Source of the DNA: Marsupella aquatica | Taxonomy: Eukaryota > Plantae > Marchantiophyta | NCBI GenBank assembly: GCA_973895155.1 | Contig: OZ316893.1 | Coordinates: 10,297,660-10,361,659, forward strand | Direction: 5' to 3' | DNA length: 64,000 nucleotides | Shown here: piece by piece, positions 53,850 through 64,000 of the stretch | How the letters are laid out: each line of letters begins with the position of its first letter | How positions within the stretch are numbered: the first letter of the stretch is position 1 | Position numbers and translations under genes: made by a program | The notes under the pieces: model-generated | Databases searched by the model: none | What the model was told of the DNA's origin: nothing | The model's input: the letters and a program-made list of their open reading frames with translations, nothing else

Positions 53850-54983
53850 ATGGCGGCCAAGCACCTGCAGCTCAGCACTCAGATTCAGGCCAGTTTCGGC
53901 AAGCCAGATGACCCTGATTACGTATTTGACATCGTCGCCAATGGAGACAGATCAATGGCAGTGTCTCTGTCGACGAATACGATCAAACTTTACGACCCAA
54001 CGACAGGGGGATTCAAGGGCGATTTGCTAGGGCACACTTGCACCATCAGTGGCCTGAGTTTCCCTGACCCCAACTCGCCACAGTTGCTGCTCTCTTCCTC
54101 TACCGACTCCACAATTAGAGTGTGGGACGTCCGAGTTGGAAAACAGGTGGATCTCTTCAGAGCGCCTGGATCGTCTGATGAGATATGGAGCTTCAGTGTT
54201 GGAGGGAGCCAGGCACATTTCATTGCAGCCGGTGGAAATGGCCAAGTGTTGATATGGGATCGGAGGTCAAAGAAATTGGTAGCAAATTGGGATGAAGTTC
54301 ACACTGAAGCTGTCACCCATGTCGAGTTTCATCCGTCTAAGAAAGAACAGCTACTCACAGCCTCGGTGGATGGACTAATCAATATATTTGATACGAAGGG
54401 TGATCTTGACTGTGAAGACGCTCTGGAAAATACACTGAACGTCGGGACATCACTCTCAAAGTTCGGCTTTTATGGAAAGGATAATCAGATGGTCTGGGTT
54501 ATGACGCACATCGAAACTCTCAGCATATGGGACCTGGAAGATCAGCGGGAAGCAATTACCTTTGGTGACACTCGCACGAAAGCTTCGTTCTGTTGGGGTC
54601 TCCCATCTGTCACCTACTTGATCAATTGCCATTCTACCCCCGGAACAGAAAATTTGTGGCTCGCAGCTGGTAACAATGATGGTACTGTTGGATACTTTCC
54701 AATTACTTCAACCAAGTCTGGCAATCCTTCAGCTCCAAGTCCGGGTGTCTTTGGGGATGTCAGTGCAGTTTTGGAAGGCGGCCATGAGGGTGTTGTGCGA
54801 AGTATTTGGTTGAACGAGACCCTGGGTTTGGAGCAAGCACAATTTTGCTGGACAGGTGGAGAAGATGGTCGGCTTTGTAGCTGGTCACAGAATGGTAGCA
54901 CACAAACAGGACGGGCTTGGATCTCGAGTAATCTCGTCATGAGAAAACACAATAGTTCAAAGCGCAGACCAAGTCCGTACTAG
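53850..54983 (+). CDS. GTS1: WD40-repeat protein, WDR89/GTS1-like; intronless
   Basis: WD repeats (GHTCTISGLSF, SSSTDSTIRVWD, LLTASVDGLINIFD), THIETLSIWD, GGHEGVVRS, WTGGEDGRLCSW, C-terminal RRPSPY. Confidence 0.9.
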   Translation: MAAKHLQLSTQIQASFGKPDDPDYVFDIVANGDRSMAVSLSTNTIKLYDPTTGGFKGDLLGHTCTISGLSFPDPNSPQLLLSSSTDSTIRVWDVRVGKQVDLFRAPGSSDEIWSFSVGGSQAHFIAAGGNGQVLIWDRRSKKLVANWDEVHTEAVTHVEFHPSKKEQLLTASVDGLINIFDTKGDLDCEDALENTLNVGTSLSKFGFYGKDNQMVWVMTHIETLSIWDLEDQREAITFGDTRTKASFCWGLPSVTYLINCHSTPGTENLWLAAGNNDGTVGYFPITSTKSGNPSAPSPGVFGDVSAVLEGGHEGVVRSIWLNETLGLEQAQFCWTGGEDGRLCSWSQNGSTQTGRAWISSNLVMRKHNSSKRRPSPY

Positions 54984-55030
54984 GGTATCACATGGGTATG
55001 GATAGATGAATTTGCCAGATTAGGAGACCT

Positions 55031-55450
55031 AGGTCACCGAAAGGTTTTGGTCAGAGAGGGGGTTTACCTGCACTGGTTGAGCTGGTAAAGGCCATATTAG
55101 AAGACTTTAGGTCAACGAAAGGTTTCGGTCAGACAGGGGGGGTTACCTGCACTGGTTGAAAGGTAAGGAGACGGATGTTCCGACTCTCGGCATCTTTGGT
55201 AGTCATCTTACTAAGAGAGGTTTGAGTCAATGATAGGATTTTTGCTTCTGCTCCAACAACCTGGATTTTGTAAGATAGTCCCATCGTCTAGGAATGATCG
55301 TTTGCACTGGTTGAGCAGGGTAGGAGACGGATGTTCTGACTCTCGGGATCTTCGGTAGTCATCTTACTAAGTGAGGTTTGAGTCAACGATAGAATTTTTG
55401 CATGTCCTCTAACAACCTGGAATTTGTAAGATAGTCCCATCGTCTAGGAT
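55031..55450. repeat. Two nested tandem duplications in the GTS1 3' region
   Basis: taggtca.cgaaaggttt.ggtcaga...acctgcactggttga x2; ggagacggatgttc.gactctcgg...gatagtcccatcgtctagga x2. Confidence 0.85.
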
Positions 55451-56366
55451 GGATTGATGGAGTGTAAATTGAAAACAGAGATTAACGGACTTGCGACTTC
55501 AAGCGCCACTGTCCATCTCAAAACCTGGATCCACCAGGTTTCACCATTTTTAGTACATTTTTCCTGAAATTATGGAGCAAAATTTCACCCTAGAGGAGAA
55601 GAATGTGAAAAAGGGAGAAGTCTTGGACACTTCTCCTTGTATATGGCCAGTGGTGGTTTGACTAGCTTTTCTCCTCTGATCTTGGTACTTATTTTGCTTG
55701 ATCCCCTTCAATAGCGATAATTTGGGCTGGTCTGAGATAGTGCCTTCCTTCCTCATGATCTTGTAAAATAATGAGATTGTGCCTGTATGGGATTGTAGAG
55801 AGAGCTGACTCAAATGGCTATAGTGAAAGGAAGTATATTGTGGTAGTCAATCGCAGCCAAATCCAATCCATTCATTTTGCGAGGGACTGCGTAATTTGGA
55901 GTAGCGAAAAGTGCAAGAGATGAAGAACTCCTTATCTGTTTCCCTGTCCGTGTTTTTGGATATGTAGAGCCACGAGGGTGTACCTGGGTCTCTCATATTG
56001 GCACGACATCTAGAGGAAAACATCGGGACATTTTTCTCATTACTCCCAAGCAGATATGATCTCTTCCAGAAGTCAAATATATTGAGAATCCATGATCTCA
56101 GTCTGTTAAAATCGAATCATGATTTCATTTGGAGTCGAAGGAATCTTCAGATTTTTCGATGGTTAACATACATGAAGGGCTGCAGAAGGATGTAAGGAAC
56201 TTTCCTCAAAATCCTGCTACGAAGTGATAAAATGGAAACCTCAGCGCCCAAAAAATATACAGGAGGAAATTAACTAACCACTGTGGTGAATCGTCTGTCC
56301 TTCAGTAAGACAGTTGAAACCCACTCAAGAGAGGAATCTCATTGCTAGCAACACTTATAGCATACT

Positions 56367-59343
56367 TTACACAGCTGAAGAATGGACAGATTGAAACACA
56401 CGTGCCCACTTCTCTGCATCTTTCCCAGGGCCATCTCCCTGTGTCAAATATCACAAGACCGTTCATAAACGTCAGCACCATCAAGTAAGGAGCTCACTGA
56501 AGCACAGATAATGAAAATTTTGGAGAGAAGTGGCTTAACTGCGCTAATTTTCCCTTTGCTTAATTGCATCGATAGCAGTTTACATGTATCTCACCTCAAC
56601 AGAAATGACCTCATAGGTTTGGCCTTTTGTACAATCAAGGTCCAAAGTACGCACGCAAGCTTCAGCAACAACTAATCTGCTTGCTTCTCCAACAAGCTTG
56701 TCCCCTAATTTTACAACAAAGCATATCGGCAATCAATTTGCAGCAACAAACCATAATCTCAGTAGGACAAGTCATCAGTCGGTACACAGACACGCAGATA
56801 TTGCGGCATTTTCAATAGAATGCACACTTGCAATCAATGGCGAGGAGTATAGTCTATGGAGTGTAACTACCTTGGCCCAGAATTACATCACGTCGTGTCC
56901 CGGCAGTAGCCTGGAGGAGCGTATTTAGATCATACGATGTGTATGGTCCATCTGTCAGCCTCCCTGGTCTGCATAATGCACAGAAAGCATGATCAGTTGC
57001 TCAGAAGCTCGACCTACATAGGAACATACTGTGCAATAATACAACTGAAGGTTGACAAGGAACACGTTCTTACCTTATGATGGTGAATGGGATACCAGAA
57101 TTTCTCAAGTGATCCTCTCCCATTTTTTTGTACTTGAGCACCCCGAACAGGTTCAATATCCTGCGCTTGAGTATCAACAGAGATGGTCATAAACGGCTAA
57201 GGATCCAGAATGACTAAAAAGTGCGTACTTTATCTCGCTGCTACGGATCCTGATGAACTTCTTTCAAAACCAAAAGAGAGAGAAGACACTAGTGTTAGAA
57301 AAATGACAGAAGTGACAGAATAAAGGACAACTTGAACACAACGAAGAGAATAGTCCAGAGTCTCACTTAAATGGTAACTCATCGGACTTCGTGACTCCAA
57401 TGGAAGATACTAGCACAATCTTTTGCACGGACTTTGGAACTGCATCTACCACATTCCGCACTCCAATCCAATCTTCCCAACCCCAAAAAGGTCCATGCAA
57501 ATCAGATCATTATTGTCTATCCACCCCCCTCGAAGTAGGGAAAGCGATACCATCCAATTCAAGGGGTCACCACAAAAATGCTTTGGCAGGAAGGAAAATC
57601 TAGAAAGTGAACTTACAATTTGATAACGGCGTTAGAGTAGAGAAAGCTTACAATCCACTCCCATGGAAATAGAAGAAATGTAAGAACAAAAGCAAAAATC
57701 AGGAAACAACGTAGACCTCACCTGTTTGTTCTGGTCCGTTGTCGCCACTCCAGCGTTGTGAAGGGAAAGCTGTTGTCCCTGTGGCATTGATGACATGGGT
57801 GATACCCTGCAAAGTGCAGACCCACAAGATTACCTTCCAAACGAGAAAGTACCCCCCAGACCTGAACATCTTGCAACAGTGTTTGGAGCTTACAAAAAAC
57901 TCAACACACATTCAGTAGGGTTAATGAGCATAGACAGAGGGAATACCTTAAGGAATCAATTTTCCATTATGTGATGACGTAGACTTGACTATGCAGACCA
58001 GATTCACTCATCAGAGCCGAAGGAATTTGCAGAGTGCGTGTTTAATTAGGAGAGTTTCCACAAGTAATATCACTGCCTACTACACATCCTAAAAATTGAA
58101 CAATGACCACCCAAATGCCGGCTCTGACTGGAGTGCCCATGAGCATCTCCAATTGAACCTTTTGACCTAACCAAAGTATCAAGCACGCCATAAATTGTAG
58201 CTTTCATTTCGGAGAAGTTTTCAAACCTCAAATAATTTGTCATTAAGAGCCTCCCGTTCCCGTGTATCCCCCATCCGGATCTGTCAGGAGCAACCGCGAC
58301 GTCAAAGCCTTTCATTCCATGTACCTCTGTTATTCAGGAAGGTAGCCAACTTCAACAGTCGGTCACGAAGTAAAGAGTGATAACAGGAATGTGCCCAGTG
58401 TAGTGCTAGCGCAAGATTACGGGAAAATATAAACCTCAAACTGGTCGCCCAGCTTATCGCCAAATAGAGTTTTGGCCTTCACTTCGCTCCGGAGTAATGC
58501 CCGAACTTTGACACCTTTCTCCAGAAGAGAGGCCACCACGAGCTGCCCTGATGAAAAGAGTCCGTAATAGGTAGCCAACAGCCAAAACATTATTTCTCAC
58601 ACCCTCCGGAAATTTTTCGCCCACAATTGAAATTCCTTGCGCATGTTTCAAATTCACCCACTTTGGCCACTTTCACTAATTCCAATTTCACAGGCCAGGT
58701 GACTGAGTTTAAATCTGGCCTATTTCAAATGTGGTGCAGAGACTGTCCCGAGCCAAACGAGTTGGTAAGGCGCTAGAAAAAGTGCAGCGTTTCTAATGTA
58801 CACAAATTGAATGAGCTTACTCCTGTCAAATTCAGCCAGCAAGCTCCCGAAAAAACTCAAAAACAATTTAGCGTCACAACCCATTTGTCATGACTTGCAC
58901 AGGTACGCAGAGCAAAGCTACGAAAATCAATCCAATCGGGTGAGATTGTAGACTGATGACCCACCTACACCCCCAGTGGCACCCAAAACAAGGATGAATT
59001 TGGATGAGACGGGTTTCGTCTCTGCATTTAAGGCCGTGGAAGACGAAGAATCAGTCACCTGCGCGCAAAACACATTCAACCCCTTCTCACTTCCCCTTGC
59101 CTGCTGTCCCCTCGAGACCCAGCTCGGATTCCTGCCCGAACAAAGTAGCGAAGGTGAACAGGAAGAGACTCCAGCTGGGCCATTGGCATGGAATCCAAGC
59201 TGCGAATGCAATTTGGGAGTTGCGGCAGCTGGAGTGCTTCTCGAGACGCTAAACTTCGCCCTGGTTGGGGATGAAGAGACGGGGCTGGATGAGAGAAACC
59301 CCACGCTCCACAGAGAGGCTGCTGCAGCGCAATCTGCAGCCAT
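56367..59343 (-). CDS. Plastid-targeted NAD(P)-binding Rossmann-fold protein (At4g31530-like), ~9 exons
   Basis: Transit peptide, ILVLGATGGVGQLVV, GITHVINATGTTAFPSQRW, LVSSIGVT, LNLFGVLKYKKMGEDHLRNSGIPFTIIRPGRLTDGPYTSYDLN, GDGPGKDAEKW. Confidence 0.92.
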
Positions 59344-60595
59344 GGCTACTTCAGAGCTCCCAGACCGTGCTCGCTTGGTTTTCTTTACTAGTTTGAAATC
59401 CGTCTATCCACAACTCAGCTGCAACTCCAAAATTCTTCCGCTCTCTGCTCTTCTCTGTGAACGAATGCTACATGACCAATTCTTCCCTTGAGGCATTTAG
59501 TTTTTGCGGCTTTGCTACTTCGCTCTTCTGTGTATGTGGATGTAAATGACCCAATGTTTGTGCGTGAGAGATAATTGTGTGCTTCGAACAGTGATCTGGT
59601 AGCAATCTTTGTCTGGCCCCACCAAAAGGCTCTGAGAACTGGATGGGCCGACTTTCGGTTTTCAAGGAAAAAAAGAAAGGAGGCTCTGAGAACTACAGTA
59701 GTATGCATATCAAATCAATTTTCCTGGCTCTTGCTAAGCCAAGTAGGAGAATTGTGGATTTATAGGTTTGGGATTGTGGCACAGTGCCCATACTACAGTA
59801 CTTTTAGCACTACGGTAGCATTTTGCATTCTTCATTCACGTTGATGGGAATGTTTGGAGTTGATGCTATGTGTGCCATATTGTGCACTACTTAAGTGAGT
59901 CCCTACTTCCCCTTAGGCCCAAGTTAGTGTAGTTAAGGTTAGAGAAAAAGTTATGGACTACCAACTTCATGATCCATAACTTTTGCCATAAATATTTAGT
60001 CATATGCCATAACATTTTGCCATAAAGATTAGTCATATGCCATGACCTTATCAACTCTAGAGGCTAGTGAGAAAAATTTAAAAACTTTTACATAACATTA
60101 TGAAAAAGTCATGGGCATTTGCTTATGGCCAAAAGCCATGGTCTGCAACTTTGAAATGTTCTCATAAATGTCCATCAATCTAAATTACTTTAGTTGTTGC
60201 TTCATAGTATTGTTGGTTTCTTTCTTAAGCTTGGTGCAATATTTTCCCTTGGAAATTATAGCGATTTGGAAATTTGTCAATTTTTTTCCAAGAATTTGTA
60301 TGCCACACACACAAATTTGACAGATTGCCTAATATTTTCTAATATTAGACAATTTAGGCCTAAACAATATTAGGCTAATTAAACCTAGAGGTATAATATT
60401 AGTACAAATTTTCCAAAAAATTTGTGCTGGCTGTTAATACAAAGAAAAAAAATGGGGCTTTTGAGTCAAATATTGCCACTCATATTTCTTCTTTAGGACC
60501 CTACTTGCTAGATCTGACAAAAGTCCTGAAAGTATGGAAGATCTAATGGTGTAGATTACATGTGTGAGAGATGATTAGCAGGTAAAATATCTCCA

Positions 60596-60652
60596 TGGGA
60601 CCTGTGACCCTCGACTTAGACCACTGTTGCTCTACCCAACCGAGCTATTGCA
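60596..60652 (-). mobile_element. tRNA-derived SINE head or tRNA pseudogene remnant
   Basis: Minus strand reads TAGCTCGGTTGGGTAGAGCAAC...GGGTCACAGGTCCCA; A-box-like start with a degenerate B-box. Confidence 0.35.
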
Positions 60653-61561
60653 GCACATTTCTAACCATTTTGCCAAAAAAGTGAATTCCAGAGAAGAAAG
60701 ACGCAAGGATAGATGCATTGTCCCAAGAGCTTCACACCTCTAGTGTAGATTACTCCCAACACATGCCCAAGTTGGGTAGGGCAGTGACTCACCACCATAC
60801 TTTTATGGACCAATACTAAAAAAACCTGATTATGGGGTCCCTCAAGTGGTTGAGGTACCTCACAGTGGTACATCTAAGAGCTGTCTTGCATGTGCAAGGT
60901 ATTTTGTTTTTTGGCACTCAAGTGAACCCATGGCATTTCAAAACTCAGCTACAAATAGGCAGTCCTGACAGCATATTTGGTGAGAGTGAGTGGGCACATC
61001 ACACCTATTTCCTATTTAAGATGATCATGTGCATATTTGAATTCTCAATTTTTCACGACAATTTTGAGCTGGTAAGGGCCATTTTGGGCTGGTGAGGGCC
61101 GCTTTCTTGAAGACCTTGCACATGCAAGGTTGCCCTAAGTTGGACAAGTTCACCCCCAAGACAGTGCCACTTGAACCCTACTGCAGTTTTTGTTTTAGTG
61201 GCAATAAAGCCAAGTTCTATCCTCACTAATTCTCAATGCGTTTTTGTCTTGAATTAACCAGTTTCTCACGTAGCTTTCTTACGTAGCCACAGACCCCACT
61301 AGCCAGAATCTGACCACGTTCCTTAAGTCTAGGGAGATCTAACGGTCCAAAACTAATCTAGGGGGAAATAGACAAAACCTTAAAAACTACCACCCCTGGC
61401 AAAACAAAGAGTTTCCAAATTTGGACTCGGGACCTTTATCAGGAGCAAAGAAGAGCTTTCGAAGCCACTTCGCAAATTGAATCCTTCTTCAGCTCAGTCC
61501 CTCGCGATATCATCTGAAGACAGAGGGCGAGGACGACGATCAGAGCAGAGCAGCAGTAGCG

Positions 61562-62953
61562 ATGGCGCCCTCGAGATCCAAGGGAGCCCCCAAGGAAGAG
61601 AAGAAGAGCGACGATGCCTCGGAAGCGCCGGCTTACAGCCAGGAGAACGTCCAACACAACATTCGGGTTATTTACTACAGGTCCGTTTGTTTACCACGAG
61701 TTTTGTTTATAGCAGTGGATGATCGCAATTGTGTAGTGCTGGTGAATGTGCATAATTAATGGCGGGTCTTGTAAGAGGCTGTTGATATGCAATTTCGGAG
61801 TTTAGCCCAGACACTAGTGTTAGGGTTCGGGTCACGGCGCTGAGACATGACCTATGGAGCTGATTTTTGTGAGAGACTGAATGTCGGGAGTAAGGCGTTG
61901 CTTTCAGTAAGATATTTAATGCAGCCGTTCGAAGAGCTGGCGGCTCTACACAATTATCCACCTTTATCAAGCGGCTCTGAACATTGATTCAGACACTCCT
62001 GTGTAGTAGTTAGAGATACAGACATGTGTGGAGGGACGCAGCATAGCAAAACTATGATTTAGCGGCAATCCCTACTGCTCAGACGATGGTCGATAACATT
62101 GTTTCAAGCTTAGAAGTTAGACTGAATTATATAGTTTGAGCAGAGGGTCTGGAATTTTGACAGTCGTGACTGGGGATGATGGTCGCAGTCGCACATTCCT
62201 GTCAATTGTGGGAGGGATCATCGCCGGAGTGCTTGGCCTCACTGCTTTGCATGGCTTTTCTTTCTACTTCCTCATCATGGTCGTGCTGTCTGGAGCTATT
62301 GCTGCTAAGACGAAATTCGATGTCCTTTCCTACTTCGATTCTTGGCAACGAATCACAATAGATGGCATTTATGCAGGTTTTATGGTAAGGATTATTTTTC
62401 TTCTCCGTTTGGTTCTAGCATTTAACTGGATCATCTAGTTTGTGTCAAGCTTCTTTAGGGTTTGGTCCTCTTCGATTAAGGTTTTTTTATATCTAACAGC
62501 TTCAAAGCTTTGTTTTGTTTACATTGTTCGGTCATACTCTGTTTAAGAGCAATTGACCAATAGCTCAGTTCAGTGTAGGATACGTTTAGGAAACGCGTTT
62601 GACTACACTCCGAAAAATTTGTTAACTTATAATTTTGCTTCTTTTTGGAGGGCTGCTAACTATTGGATGTTGGTTATCATGTGAACTGTGGCTGCAGTCG
62701 TTTGTTCTCTTCTGGACGTATCCTTGTAACAAATCATTCGCTTTGTCACGTTCAGTTCATTTTATTAGTAATATTCACGAAAATCTTACCTGGTTACAAG
62801 GTTCATTATTGGCTTCCGAACATACTGAAATGTGGCATAGTCAGTTTTATAAGAGATCACCAATCGCCTAACTGTTGCTGTTGTTTTTTCCTTCCTGGAC
62901 TTTAACCTTGACCTTTCTTCAGATTTGCATACGACATTGTTCATATCTTTTGA
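61562..62953 (+). CDS. EMC6: ER membrane protein complex subunit 6 (Rab5ip family), 4 exons
   Basis: Exons 61562-61680, 62189-62384, 62698-62717, 62923-62953: ENVQHNIRVIYYSRTFLSIVGGIIAGVLGLT...FMSFVLFWTFAYDIVHIF*. Confidence 0.93.
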
Positions 62954-64000
62954 GGGGTTCCGAATAGAGGGTCTGTTCTTTCAAAGCAGGGGACATCTTT
63001 ATGTGTTAGGCATACTCACCAGGTCCAATTCGTGGGTTTATGCTGCTGGAGGAAGGAAGCACAAGTCTCCACTTCGAACTGATATCAAAGTGGGAGCGGA
63101 GTAGTTTTGCCCGCGCTTCTCCCTTATTCAAAGTCTGGGTGTAAGTGCAGATCCAGGACAACATACCCCCACAACTTGTTATGAGTATCTGCAAGGGAGA
63201 ATTGTGACCTTTTTCCTTGCATTTCTTGGACTCCAGTTGTAGAGGTCATTCATGTACTTATGGGATTGGAGCTACATGTTTTGGAAGCTGTTGATATGGA
63301 CATTAGTCGGTCAGCTACATTGATGGCGCTGAGAAAGTACTTTCGCCCAGATCCTGGAAAAAGTTGTAAACTAGATGAAAATTCAAAAGAGTTAACTACA
63401 AAGGTGAAAAGGATTTGTACAAGGTAATAGAATATCCATTGTGAGCGGAGCAGCTTTGAGACGGGATATCCTTATTGCTCATTCAATTTTGGGTAGGTTT
63501 TCTAATTGAGTATTGTCGTGAACACTATGCGGGGACCAACTTGTGTACAATGTGTTCTCCAGTCTGGATAAGTCAAGTCTTCAGCGAAGCCTGATATCCA
63601 CTGGTCGAGTATCATACTTGAAATTTCCTTTTAACTGAATTAGATGGCATTTTTTATTGTCAGGAAAGTCACTAAATGGGGAATGTTATGCCATTTGGGA
63701 AACTTGTCTGTCCTCCAATTGTACACCATGTTTTTGCGAGAATTCTCGATCTAGTCGTATTATGAGTGTAGTCACATCCCTACCCCATCTCTAAAAGTGG
63801 TGACCTGGGAGTGATGATCTGTTGGGCTGGTCACCACAGCTTTTCTTCTCGTTTTGCCAGAATTTATACAGGGTTGTGTAGTATAGGGTAACCTATCCGA
63901 GGGGGTCGAAGCTCATCTCCCCAAGCAAGGGATGTTTTACCATGTGGAGACTATTTTTCGAAATTTTCTCTCATTTCTTTGTATTCTCACACATAGATTC

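Overview
Eukaryotic land-plant nuclear DNA; gene and intron style suggest a bryophyte such as a liverwort, which is inference only. Ten recognisable plant genes are present: NECAP, thylakoid pentapeptide protein TL20.3, mitochondrial PDH E1-alpha, MINPP-type histidine phosphatase, F-box/Kelch, PEP/phosphate translocator, UFM1 (absent from the ORF track), WDR89/GTS1, a plastid NAD(P)-binding Rossmann protein and EMC6. The standout is an intronless, GC-richer gene at 6489-7400 (-) encoding a DUF3074-like (START/helix-grip-like) protein. I know this family from filamentous fungi, so it is a candidate fungus-to-plant horizontal transfer. Mobile DNA includes a complete Bianca-type Ty1/copia element with identical 114-bp LTRs, a CACAA TSD, a half-tRNA-Ile primer site and a disabled gag-pol. 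There are also four solo LTRs of one other family with TSDs, a PIF/Harbinger MITE, other MITE/SINE-like remnants and many local tandem duplications. Splicing oddities are a U12-type intron in EMC6, a GC-AG intron in TL20.3 and a probable intron-split ATG in UFM1. All exon boundaries were read by eye and family assignments are from recall, not database searches.
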